From Mytilus trossulus (Eukaryota), in NCBI RefSeq assembly GCF_036588685.1, contig NC_086376.1:83265014-83329013 (forward strand): a DNA stretch of 64,000 nucleotides. Direction: 5' to 3'. The translations under genes were made by a program, and so were the position numbers. The notes under the pieces were generated by a model. It was not told the DNA's origin. It did no database searches and was given only the letters and a program-made list of their open reading frames with translations. Positions 1 to 12,790 of the stretch are shown here, in pieces (position 1 is the first letter of the stretch; each line of letters starts with the position of its first letter).

Positions 1-1340
1 TTCCAAGGAATCTATAATTTGCTTAGAATCTTTGTATAAACACTAAGTTTGCTTTTTGCAATCATAACTAGAAATGTGATAAAGCAACTATCACAACAGA
101 ATTACAAATAAGTTTTATCATCTAAATAATTCTGAGCATCTCTTATGGGTTTAACCAGAAAACCATGGTAAAACAAACAAATATAATTTTACAATAAAAT
201 CCTTGTATTATCAAGATCCAATGGCTCATTCTTACAACAAGAAATAGCCAACTCAATAATAGGGGTGATGATCAACCCCTTAAAAAAGTATCTCTGGGTT
301 TCCTGCATCTTTGAAACCACAGAGTGGGCCTGTCTAGGCATTGCCATTTCGATTTTTTAATTATCCTAGACACACTAGGATTGTCACAGTTCTCTGAATG
401 TGATAGTATTTATTCTATGAACTTATATATTCCTGATTTTATCAAAATCATGATTAAGCTGTTCAACAAACAGGATGAGATAATGGACCATTAATCTCAC
501 TAAAAGAAGCCTTAAAGGCTTCTGAAAACCTTAATGCAGGATCAAAAGACGTATCAAATTCAACTCCGGCTGGACTATCATCAGCCATGGCACATACTCC
601 AAAAGGAGGTACATACACCGTATTAATTCAGTAGATAAGATCAAAATTTAGAACTAAATCTTCATTAAAGTAAGCCTCTAATGGCAAAAATTCAAATATA
701 GCAGCAGGTTTCTCTACAAACTCTGCTAGAGTTGAAGGCAGTGAAACTGTCTCAAACCTCATGATTCATACAGGTTCTTTAATACATTAATAATAAATAG
801 TAAATGTATCAATTTACATGCCTATCTAAATCTCAACAGCACTTTCGTTAGAAACAATCACAAATCAAGTAGATTTTGAAGTTATACAAGTAACACTAGA
901 TTTTGAAACTTACTTTTTACAGGTTCTGTTGCTTTGTCAATTATTTCCAATTGCCATGCCATTATGATCTATTATAAAACTACTAGGTTTTATAACTGTT
1001 TAAGAAGAGGATTTATTCAAAATACCTCTTGTATTCCTATTAAATTTATCATCTTTAATTTCTAAAACATTCCAGAGGTGATGAAAATCATAACCATCAC
1101 CCTTGTAAGTGTAAACATCATTCTAAACATCTTGCAAAAACAATACATTTGCATAAACAAATTCATCCATTGTAACACAAAAATGTGTACCTGTGCAGGT
1201 AAAACACGTGTAAATTGTGAAAAGTACTCACGACCTTCAGGTGAATAGAAATACTTTTAAAAATCTACCTGTTTAACAAACAGGTGTATGAATTAAGTAA
1301 CAAATGTGCTTTTAGGCAAAAACTTAATGAATATATAAAG

Positions 1341-1521
1341 TTGTCATACATCGTAGACAATAAAATATTTAATTAATTTCCATGAACACTTGTCATACAT
1401 CGTAGACAAGAAATTTTTAAATTCATTTCCATCAACAATTGTCATACATCGTAGACAATTGAGGAATTATTATTTGTAAATAACAAAATAACATTAGAAC
1501 TTGTCGTACATCGTAGACAAG
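1341..1521. repeat. Tandem array, 4 copies of a 48-60-bp unit with a 20-bp core TTGTCATACATCGTAGACAA (terminal TTGTC/GACAA inverted)
   Basis: Cores at 1341-1362, 1391-1412, 1438-1459 and 1500-1521. The inter-core segments are also mutually similar (aaaatatttaattaatttccatgaaca / aaatttttaaattcatttccatcaaca). Confidence 0.85.
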
Positions 1522-2339
1522 TTAATGTAACTTTAATAACTTTCTGCCAAATTTAAGATAAAAATAAAATAACTAAAAAGAACTTATGTGAAGTGTTCAC
1601 TTCAACCCTCTAGAAAAATAATGACAAGTTATTATGGAACAGGTGCTTATATACTAGGGTCAAGGTCACTGGCCAGCCTATAGGTGGTTATAGTTTGTTT
1701 CTTTAAACAGAGATATTATATGTAAGCTTCACCCCTCATAGAGAAGTAAAGCTAATTCATTACTTGAGACCGAAGGCGAAATATGAATAAGAATTACTAT
1801 TTATCTCATGACCACAAATGAATTGTCAATTTCTAATTTCCTTATCAGACAGTTTATAAAACTGTATCGTCTGGAGCAATGTCTACAGGTACAACAACAT
1901 ATTACCACTAGGAAGTGCAATAGAGCTGAGACGGATATCTAGCAACATGAACTTTAAACACCCATCTTAATTCCATTGAATTTATAAATGTAACAGCCCC
2001 TACCGTTATATTGATGATCTTTTTTGTTTAATAATCACGATTCTCTGAATACACTTCCAAATTACACCCTAAGGAACTTACTTTAAACCGATCAAATATA
2101 TCCCAGGTTAGGGGGAGAGTTGTTCGCCTACTTAACCCTACAAACTTGTAGATGTGCCTGTTCCATGTCAGGAACCTGTAATCGAGTGGGTTTTTTTTAT
2201 ATTGCTGTTGATCATTTGCGTTGTTTGTTAATTTATTTATTTGTTCAATTCATGTATTGTTCTGCTGGCTGCTCTGTCCCAAGATTCGAGAGAGGTTGGG
2301 CGTCCCTCTAACATATTTAACTCTGCCGCATTCTGTATG

Positions 2340-2580
2340 TGCCTGTCTCAAGTCCGGTGCATAATGCAGTAGTTGTGGTTTGCCGTGTTACATATTTGTT
2401 TTCCGTTTATCATTTTGTACATAAACTAGACAGTTAGTCTTCTTGTTTGATTTTTTTTAATTTGTCATTTCGAGGCCATTACAGCTAATATGCGTTAAAG
2501 GCTATGATAATTGTTGAAAGCTCTACTGTGACCTGTAGTTGTTTATTTCTGTGTCATTTTGTTTCTTGTAAAAAGTTCTT
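2340..2580 (+). mobile_element. SINE-like repeat, related subfamily (3'-truncated)
   Basis: cagtagttgtggtttgccgtgttacatatttgttttccgttt..ggctatgataattgttgaaagctctactgtgacctgtagttgtt matches the 49040 and 57060 copies. Confidence 0.6.
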
Positions 2581-3577
2581 TCCTAGAATTATTTATTTCA
2601 GTTTTGTTATTTTTTTTTTTTTTTTGCTTTGGTTTAATATAGTATATTTTGTATGGGTTAAAATAAAGGCAACAGTTGTATTCTGCTGTTCAAAGTCATA
2701 AATCGATTGAGAAAAAAAAATCCGGATGAGAATCTAAAATTAAGTAAAACAACGAAGCAAAAGAACACTAAAGTGCAACAACAAAAACACAATGCAACAT
2801 AATATATAGAATACTTTTATAAATGGGAAACTTTGACGTACACAAGTGCAATGCTTAAGTAGTATTTCTTTCATTTCAAGCTCATTTTAACATCAGTAGG
2901 CATTATGTTTGTCAACATCCTTTTATCGGTCGTTAACGAAGTCTCAAATGTTGACAAATCTAACGCCTACCCATGTTGAATTGAGCGTAGAGCACAGCAT
3001 GATAATTTCTTTTCTGATAGGCAAATTTTAAGCAATTTAAATTTTAACGTGGTCCTTTAAGACGCAGTCAAAATACTAACATACTGGTTATTATGCAGTC
3101 AAAACTTTATAGAAAACCATGCAGCGTTTCATGATAAGATAATGAACAGATAATGTAAACTTACTATAAGAATGATTTTATATTGTTGGGCGTGGTTTTT
3201 TTTTGTTTTTGTTTGGACTAATTCCAATTGTTACGTTATTCTAAAAATAGGTTGACAGTTATTCTCATAATTCAGACCTTAAGATAAACTACCTATAAAG
3301 GATTTTTGTCCTTTAACCCAACGATACAAACTGATATTGTTTTACGGCGTGGGAATTGTAGCCTATTGTTCATGTTCTTAATCCTTGTACATGTATCAGT
3401 AATTATACAAGTTTTTGTAAATTAGGATCAATCTAAAATTATTTTTTAGCGAATGAAGTTAATTAATTGCAATATTTTTCAGAATTTATTTTTATTACAC
3501 ATTCAAATATGAACATCAAACCGACTCCAGACCATAAAGATTGTCAGAATCTGTAGTCAGAAAATGAATTTTTTAAG

Positions 3578-4250
3578 CTAAGGTTGAAAGGAGTCGAAGA
3601 TAATTATGAAAGACAAAAAGAGAAGATGAGAAAAGAAAAAGATGCTCACATCATGTCACTAGAAGAAAGGAACGAAAAATTAGACGAAAAAATTGGCACG
3701 CAAACCGATAAAATTAGGCAGTTAGATGACGCCAACGAAGAAAAAGCGGATACACTGAAACAAATGAAACGACAAGAAGCCGATTTAATTGACGCCATAA
3801 TAACGCTCGAAGGAAAACTGAAAAAATCTGAAGACATTAATGTAGACCTAAAAGAACAAGTTAAAATTTTGCAGAAAGAACTAGACAAATTGAAAGAGAA
3901 AATTGAAATCATGCAGTTAGACGAACCTAACAATAAAGTTGAAAACAGATTACAGACTATTCAGGACCAACAGAGTTCAGTTGGAAGAAATGATAAATGG
4001 TTTTAAAGTAATGCAGAATCAGATTGCTGCTATGACAAACGATAAAAAGAAGTCTACACCGCGAACCGTAAATATCAAAGATAACCAGAATGTTCAACTA
4101 GCGGTAAACACGCAAACTGCATATGGTAGAACCACGTTTGTGCCTCCATTATCGCCTCAATTCAAAAATGAGAATCGACAACAGAATATTGGAAGCCGAT
4201 TTGGTTTTGGGAAACAAAAGATTAGAAAGACTAGTCCTAGAGAGAAATAA
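3578..4250 (+). CDS. Intronless coiled-coil protein ORF(s): 3584-4006 (heptad-rich, K/E-rich) continuing after a 1-nt frame change into 3939-4250; possible exon, retrocopy or pseudogene
   Basis: The two overlapping ORFs read as one continuous coiled-coil (..NRLQTIQDQQ | VQLEEMINGFKVMQNQIAAM..) if one base is added or removed near 3975-3985. The first ORF starts at a TTG just after a stop, preceded by an acceptor-like ttttttaag (3569-3577). I recognise no specific family. Confidence 0.3.
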
Positions 4251-5709
4251 TATATATTGTTGAATGAAATATATTTTTTGAAGTGCCTTTACTTTAACGT
4301 GTATTTTCATTGATTTCACGTGAGTTGTGCACTAATAAGAATAAAAGGCTTTACTACAAAAACCAGAACCTCTATTCAATTAGATAAAGTATTAAAAAAT
4401 CTCGGCTTCCCAATAGGGGACTAACACGAATTGCCAGCTGACTTTAAAGTGCAAACATTAGGGAAGACTCTTTGAAAGAAAATGCCTGTATAACCTAACA
4501 TGGACATTCCGCTTGTATGTGACGAGAAAAGGAATCTTTAAATTTTGAAATTAAAACAATTTTAACATTTAATTACGGTATTTTGAGAAGAATTATCTTA
4601 TAATTGTTTTTTAACCAGTATGATTAAATTTGCCGCGCTACCAATTTGGTTCTTTGAAAACCCTGCGCACCTCGTATAGTTTTCGGATCGAAACCACGCT
4701 TTACGTTTACATTCAACTTTCTGGTTGCGGGATGTTATACATATTTTTTGTCACCAATTGAAATAGGTTGGAAGGACTGTGACAATAAACAAATTTTTTC
4801 AGGTATAATCAGCTAAAATACAAGTGAATCAACGTTTACAGCTATGCCAATAGAAGAACAGTGTAAGACGTGCGTGTTTGTTTTGGTTTTTTTTTTGTAT
4901 TTTCAAGACCGAAAACATGCAAGTATCAAATACAATCCATCACTCTGTGATAAAAAAAAATATACTGGGATAAGCTGAATGGTGAAAGGTGGGAGATTTT
5001 TTTTAACGCCTTTGTTGAACTCAAGTAGTATTGTTATCATTATTTAATGCCGATATTTCATAATGGATACGTTTTATCAAAGAACTTAATGGCACCATCC
5101 AGTTTGTGGACTTGAAGGTAATCAAATCTTGAAAAATGGATAAACCTCTATCCGGAGACGCCGGTTGTAACAACAGTCATTTCTTTTATGGAACAAACAT
5201 TTAAACATCAAGGAGAAAGGAACTGTTTTTCATCGGTTCTTCGTTGGATACACTTTTTTGAAAACAAAACAGTTATCGTGTTAACCATCAATATGACGAA
5301 ACATGCATTCGGAAGAAATGATCTTCGAAATACAAGTGGTTAATGAGTTAATTAAGGGGCCTATTTTGATTATCCGCGATGTGCAATGATCTTCGATACT
5401 CAAGAAAGATGGTTGCGTGATTGTAAGAGTATGGTAACTTATAAAGTGAGCTCATTTATCAGTAAAATACAGTAATCGGATGGAATGTTATAGTCGATAT
5501 AGTTGAAATAGATGTAGAGCGATTAAAAAGAAAGATTTGCGCTCAAAATACATCTATACCATATCGTACATGCATGCAGACATATATTCAATTTTATAAG
5601 GAGTATGCGTTGGAGTCGGATCCATTTGATAAAAAACTTTATGTTGCTTATTCATGGGATAAATAGCTAAGTCTATACATATATATAATTCCATACGTTC
5701 CTACATAGA

Positions 5710-6035
5710 TAAAGGAAGATGTGGTGTGAGTGCCAATGAGACAACTCTCCATCAAAATAACAATTTAAAAAGTAAACCATTATAGGTTAAAGTACGGCCT
5801 TCAACACGGTGCCTTGGCTCACACCGAACAACAAGCTATAAAGGGCCCCAAAATTACTAGTATAAAACCATTCAAACGGGAAAACCAACGGTCTAATCTA
5901 TATAAACAAAACGAGAAACGAGAAACACGTATATATTACATAAACAAACGACAACTACTGTACATCAGATTCCTGACTTAGGACAGGTGCAAACATTTGC
6001 AGCGGGATTAAACGTTTTAATGGATCCAAACCTTC
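5710..6035 (-). mobile_element. SINE-like repeat, same family, inverted orientation relative to the 19790-20065 copy
   Basis: Reverse complement of the 19735-20065 sequence almost base-for-base (gaagatgtggtgtgagtgccaatgagacaactctccatc ... ccattaaaacgtttaatcccgctgc). Confidence 0.75.
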
Positions 6036-8099
6036 TCCTTTTTTCTGAAACAATAGCATAACATCACAACATAGAAAAATGTACATATTATTTATTTTCC
6101 TCACTATGCAGGAATAAGAAACACTTTTAAAACTGAAAATAACATTTGATATAGTTTATGCGTCCGAAGCGCTTTTCTAGATTGACTTTCATTCGGACCG
6201 CCAAAACCAAATTTATGAAAGTCACGGACATCTAAGAACCGAAACATGTGAAGGTTAGGATCAAATACAAACAATTTCATGGAGAAATGTATAAATTATA
6301 TGGAAGTAACAGTGGCTTTCAGGTAACAATAATAATAATAAAAAAAGTGACCACAAGTAATTGTGTAATGTTGACTGTAGATCATTAATGTCCATGTGCA
6401 AAAATGAAAATCATTTTATATTTAAGACAGATTTTTATAATGAGCAATAGCCATTAACATGTTTTGGAGTGTGTTACCATGACTGGCGAACTGTTGGTCA
6501 ATAGTGTGCACATTTGTCTGGTGTTATAACTGAATACAATAAAGCTGTGTTTATTCTTTTATAAGGCATAGCATTGGGGGACTGAAAAGAAATGTATCTT
6601 TCCAGTTGCAATACAGACAATTTCAAAATCATCGTTTTGGATCCATATTAGAATATCAGCCCTGTAAATTTCTAGGGATTCGGCACTGACCACATTTTAA
6701 TACATGAACCGAGAACTGATCTATCAGATTCTGTTTTACAAATATCAATACTTATGAAATTAGTAAAGCTTGATCTATGTTCCTTTTTGGATAATCAGAA
6801 GACACGCGTCTCCACAACAAACTGCTCAGGTAAATAAAAGAAAAACTTGATAGTAATCGTGTTTTCATGATCATAGCGAGAAAAATGTTATATACCGGGT
6901 TGTTCAAGTGTTGACCGAGTCTCATGCAAAATGTACTTAGGTCAACGCTTTTACACCCTAATGAATTTACATTTTGAACTAAAGTTTATACTGAACTGAA
7001 ATTCCAGTCAATTTTTTTTTTCAGTACCAGGATTACACGATTACACTATAATTATATTACAACCTAGTGTTTATAATTATAGAATAACTAATCGAAGAAT
7101 TCAAATAGAGAAAAATATTCAACGAGTGACCGAACGACACATTAATTCACGAATTCTCGTATTCTTTAATTAGTTATTCTTTTTATTGCATTGGCAAATT
7201 ATTTTTAAGGAAATTAATGTAAAACATGTAAGGAACTATATCTTTTTTCTACGCATTCACAATTTGATCCGCCGTTATCGACGTCTTGACAACGCCTATT
7301 GTTGTATGACGTCAGAGAGTAAAATAACCACGTTTTTAGTGAAATAACCACGTTTATTTCACATGTGAAATTATCGGTTTTATTTAACTGTGAAATCAAT
7401 GTAATTCATTGCAACCAATGTAATAATAATTATTAACTCAGTGGAAATATGGTGTTTAATATAACACCTCGCATTCACAAGAAAAAAAGATATATTTATA
7501 AAAATATTAACCAACGTAGTTATAATTTTTCTTACTTTAGACTTGCATGGCAATTCTCCTTTATAGAATCTAAATGACTGTGGGTAAATTCACTGTTGAA
7601 ATTAACGTTACGTCATTGAATGAATTTACTTTGTTTAGAACGATTTAAACCAATCACAACGTTTTGGTGTACGCTTTTTATTAGATTCTGAATGGCGAAT
7701 TCACTTGATATTTCAAATGTAACACTTTCATAGTCTTTAATCGCCAAAGTATGATAGGAATATTTATCATAAGTGCGGGCATTATTGACATGGTAATACA
7801 TTGTTTTATCAAAAATAAAAGAATGTAGGGTAAACGTGATAATGAAAACAACAATTCATTATTATTATTTGGGAAGTTAACTACATATTGATGGAACATA
7901 TTTCACTTTATTTGGATGACATATATCTTCTTTAATGCTTCATTCATTGACTAATGCTTCATAATTTTGCAAGGTAGTTAACATGTGCAAACAGACGAAC
8001 AATGTATTCTCTTTTGAAATACAAATCAGAAATATCTAACACGGCAATCTACTTGCCATATAAGCAAGCCAGGTTCAACCCATCATTTTTTTCTTGAAA

Positions 8100-8350
8100 T
8101 GTCCTCTTCTAAGTCAGTCAATTTGTAGTTGTTATCATTTTCCATTTCGATGTATTTTGGTGTTTACTTTTATTGTTGTTCAGTGTTACTGTTATCCGTT
8201 GTTCCGTCTTATAGTTAATTTGTGTCCCTCAGTATTAGTTTGTTACTCGGATTTGTTTCCTATCGATTAATGAACAGCGGTATAATACTGTTACCTTTAT
8301 TGCTTGGTTCCTGCATTGGCAATCATACCACTTATTCAAATAAAGACATA
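8100..8350 (+). mobile_element. SINE-like repeat, related subfamily
   Basis: ttgtagttgttatcatttt..aacagcggtataatactgttacctttattgc..gcattggcaatcataccac; the central aacagcggtata.tactgttgcctttatt block also occurs at 17790-17830. Confidence 0.55.
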
Positions 8351-11079
8351 CCCATTGGAAATGTGTTGATATGATTAAAGTTATTCTCCAAGACATTATA
8401 TAGATATGTTTTGGCAATACATTTTATTGCCAGGTTATACTTACGGTATAAATGGATAAAAAAAAATAGCTGTGCTCCTTCAATAGCAATCTGTTCCGGT
8501 TTTATTGTGAATTATAGTTAATGATCAAACTCAGTCAAGACTGGAGACTCGAAGAAAGCAAGTTCACAATCAAGGTCAGCGAACGTTCTATGCATAAATC
8601 AAATGTAAATCAAATATTTCTAGTGAACGATTGACAATTTTTCTTATAAAATTTTGTTTTGCCTGTTATAGGTAAGTGTTTTAAAACCTGTTTGTAAATA
8701 TTCAACCACTAAGCTGTAAAAGTAAGAGGAATGGTCAAATATAACATAAGAAGCTTTTATCTAATAACAGATAACAGTCTCTCCTGTTTTTTTGAACATC
8801 TGGATCCACCAATCACTTCTCGTGCCACTTTTCACAATTGTTCATACATAATATAAATTTACGCAGTGTATTAGATTTTTCAACTAGTCATTCGAAACTC
8901 TGCTTAACTCTTCTGCAACTTTACTTAAAGAGATTAATTGAGTTAAGTCCCTTATGCATTGAAATGATTGCAATCCTACAAAATGGAGGTTCGTTCTTTT
9001 CCACAAAACATATTTTTTTATTTGCATATTTCATGTTTTTTAAATTCTAAATATGCTTGCTGAACTTTGGAGTAGATCATAAGAACCCAACGTGTTGATT
9101 TTGGCGACGGTGCAAATATCTAATAGGAACGTTTATTATATCTTAGTTATCATTTTCTGTATAAAAAAAAGAACACAATATTTTCAAGTGTTCAACTATT
9201 TGACTGGTCAATAGTTTCCAACTTTTTGCCCTCGATGAAACAGTTTTAAATCAGATGTCATTATGTTTCATGGAATTTCAACTGCAGCAACGTACGGAAT
9301 TGAAATATGTTCAAATTAACGCGGGTGTTACGACGTCATGCTATTGACTGTATAACTGTATTGGTGGATTTTTTTATTTATAGCATTTTAAGCCAAAGTA
9401 TTTATTTATTTTAATTATGTGATATGAGAATGGAGATGCGTACTGTATTTTAGGCTTGTCTCTGTAAAACTTGATTTTACTGTCACAAATATCCATTTAC
9501 CTAGCTCCGCTACACGTCGCTAGGAAAGCTCATTTTGCGACAGTAAAATCTACGTTTTATGGAATCCGAACTTAAAATACAATACAGCAGCTATTTTCAC
9601 ACAAAAACAATCATGTGATTTAAATTGAGCGTAAGCTATACTGAAAGTTGAATGACTTACGAGTAATTTTACTCTAAAGATTTCTTGTAAAAGAGTCGCA
9701 GTATCTCCTAATTTTACAGTGAAATTTAAGGTTATACAAATTTACCAGTATTCATCTTAATGGATTGGTAATCTTAGCTGGTTAAAGGCATATTTACCTA
9801 AATATAACGAAATACACCCAATTAAACAGCCTTTTTAAATGTATTTGTTCCACTTGTTTAAATATCAATCTTTTGAAACCTATTTCATTTGAAAATATCT
9901 TTTCACTGTTCAGTATCTAGGAAGGATTGAAGGATGAGAACAAACAAACATGTGCTTAGTCAATGAATGATGACGATGTACGCCAATGTTTGGGTTTTTT
10001 TTATAAATAATGAAACGTTGATTTTAAAATCTAAACGTCTTGTACGAAATTTAAGAAACTCCCAAAAAACATTTCAGAGTATTTCGTTTACATTCAGCAC
10101 AGATCAATAATTTGAATGTGCGTACATCGTCATATTAACTGTGACGACTGTTAATGTCCTTGGAACAGCTGCTGAATGACGTGGGTGTTTACTGTTGAGT
10201 GATTGACATGATATTTAACAAACAAACAGTTTATGTATCAACTAAATGTGATATGCGTATGATGGTTACAAATAGTACTTATCATGCTTATTGCGTTCTC
10301 CAGTACTGGAATAGTACCATTTTAAACCATAGGGAAACATATTACATAAATTGGACACAAATTTAATGTGAAGGGTGATTTGACTTTCAGATTAAATGAT
10401 AGTTGTCAAAAGTACCAGGATTATAATTTAGTACGCCAGACGCGCGTTTCGTCTACATATGACTCACCAGTGACGCTCATATCAAAATATTTGTAAAGCC
10501 AATGATAATTAATAAAAGTTCTAAAAAATATTTTGTGGTTTCTATATATAAAAGATTACATTGCATGTATGTTTTATTAGAATCTGTTATTTTGACTGTC
10601 TGTCTGGCAACAATTACGAGGCACTCTAGATTTGACTGTGCTTTCCCTTACAATTTTGAAACAAGGCATAGATAACAAAAGAATTGAAGCATACAAATGT
10701 AATAGGACTTTTAAAAAGCGTCTTAAAGAGCATTCGATTTTGTAAATAATATACAACTTCTATGGCTACAGTGATATTCGTCACCTTTTTTTTAATGGTG
10801 TTAAAAAAATAACAGCTAATATAACTTTTCACTTCATACTTAGATCTAATTACAAAAATTGAATGCCTATCTTTATAAATTTATAGGGTCGTTAAAGCGT
10901 TGATCGTGTACACATAGATAAATATGAGTCGCTTCCACATCATTCTAAATGTGCTTCGGTCAAGGCTTTTACATCACGATAAAATTATAAATAAGCATTT
11001 AATCTTAAATAAGGAAATGAGTTTATTAAGGTTCTTCTGTTATGCTTAAAAATATCCAAAAATAACTTATCAGATTAAT

Positions 11080-12790
11080 TATAAATGTTATGAATAGACC
11101 TTTGTTTGGATATTATTGGTTCTTATATTTTGGGAGGGTGTGAGTAAGAAACTCAACTCGCCCTACTTATGTTTCATTTATCTACAGTTTACTCTGGTTG
11201 TGGTTGAACCGTATCGTGTTTTCTATACTGTCCATGGGTTCGCTGTGTGCAGTTAACTTTGAATTAATGTGACGGTAATAGAATATGTATGTAAGGAGGC
11301 ATGACTTCTATACTGGAAGGTGGCTTTCTTTCAATAACTACCATCGTTTATGTACAGTATTAAATTCATTTGGCATAGTTTTACTTGTACTTTTAATTGA
11401 GTGTTTTGATCATTTTTAATACTGATTCTATAAACTATCTGTATTTGTGTTATGCCATTATGTCTGTTTTAAGTCAGAAACTTTGTTAGTTGATGTCTGC
11501 CTTAATCTTAATATTGTTCAACGTTTAACGCACTTTCTGTTGATTGCTTTGGTAGTTTCTCTTGAATTGTCTCAAAATCCCCGAGCGTTTTAAAGATTGG
11601 CACATGTAAAAGACATTTATCTATTATTGAAGACGTTGACCTTGAGATGCTTTTCTTCAGTTTTTATTGTTGTCGGATAAACTGACGTAAATCAACATCT
11701 TCTATTCTTTATATATGTCTTGTCTGGTTTTAATAAAGCCTTACTGACGTATGGACAATTAACACCTCATTATATTCATACGTATATAGGTATTTTCCTG
11801 AAACTGCTTGACTAGTGTTTTGTTTAGGAGTTCTGTAATAAATATTATGTTACCCAAAAGAGTACCAGTAGAAAAAAAAATAGTCATACTTACAAATCAT
11901 TATTTTCTTGACATTTAAAAAAAAAATTTAAGAAAATTCTGTTATCCTTAAGTGACTTATCAAATTAGTGATAAATGTTATAGATCTACGGTTCTTTTGA
12001 TGTTATTGCGTTCTTTTGTTTTAGGGGTGTGGGCTTGAAACAGTACTCATGTTTCATGTATTTACACGTTCCTCCTGGTGTCGTTTCACCGTATCGTTTT
12101 TTCTATTTTGGTCTTGACATTGCTGTGTGAAACTTAGATTGAATTAAAGAGACTGATATGAAAATATGTATATAAGAAGGCATGATTTCTATGTTAGCAG
12201 AGTAAGTACGCTGTGAGCTTTCTTCCAATCATTACGACCATTCTTTAATACAGTTTTATGCAGCAAAGTATTGCTGGTATCTTGACCTGTTTGTTGGTTG
12301 TTTGTTGTTGTTGGGGTTGGGTTTATTTTGTCTCTAAAACTATGTCTTTTTCCATCCCAAATGCTAGTAAAATGCATTCACTATAACGTCTTGTCGATGT
12401 TTACGTTTCAAGTCTCTAGAGTTGCCGTGTTTTAGAATCTAAGTGTTTCTTTTGTTTCAACACTTAGGTGTGGATGGCTTTTGATAATTCTCATAAATGG
12501 GGTTATAATTCCGAGCAATCTAGAGCTTGACACAAGAAATACAAACGTATCATTCTTGAAGACGTTGACCTCTAGAATAAGATTTTTTTTTCTCGTTTTA
12601 TCGTAGTCCTAGCTGACGTAGATCAACATCTTCTTTTCTCTTAATATGTCGTTTTTTTCTATGGTCGGGTTGTTGTCTCTTTGACACATTCCCCATTTCC
12701 ATTCTCAATTTTACTTTTCTGAATTTAATGTGGCTTTACTGACGTATACTCAATTGACATCTCACATTATACATGCATTATATACACCGA
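11080..12790. repeat. Tandem duplication of a roughly 880-bp segment (copy 1 about 11080-11790, copy 2 about 11960-12790, about 75-80% identity), with a third partial copy at 13830-13930
   Basis: Collinear blocks: ttgtttggatattattggttcttatattttgggagggtgtg.. / ttcttttgatgttattgcgttcttttgttttaggggtgtgg..; gtaaggaggcatgacttctatactgg / ataagaaggcatgatttctatgttag; gacgttgaccttgagatg../gacgttgacctctagaat..; ..ctttactgacgtat..acacctcat in all three. Confidence 0.7.

Noticed and set aside
1341-1521. CRISPR-like pattern of 22-bp repeats separated by 25-40-bp spacers
   Set aside because: The spacers are mutually homologous, so the true unit is a roughly 48-60-bp minisatellite. Only 4 copies are present, in a eukaryotic context.
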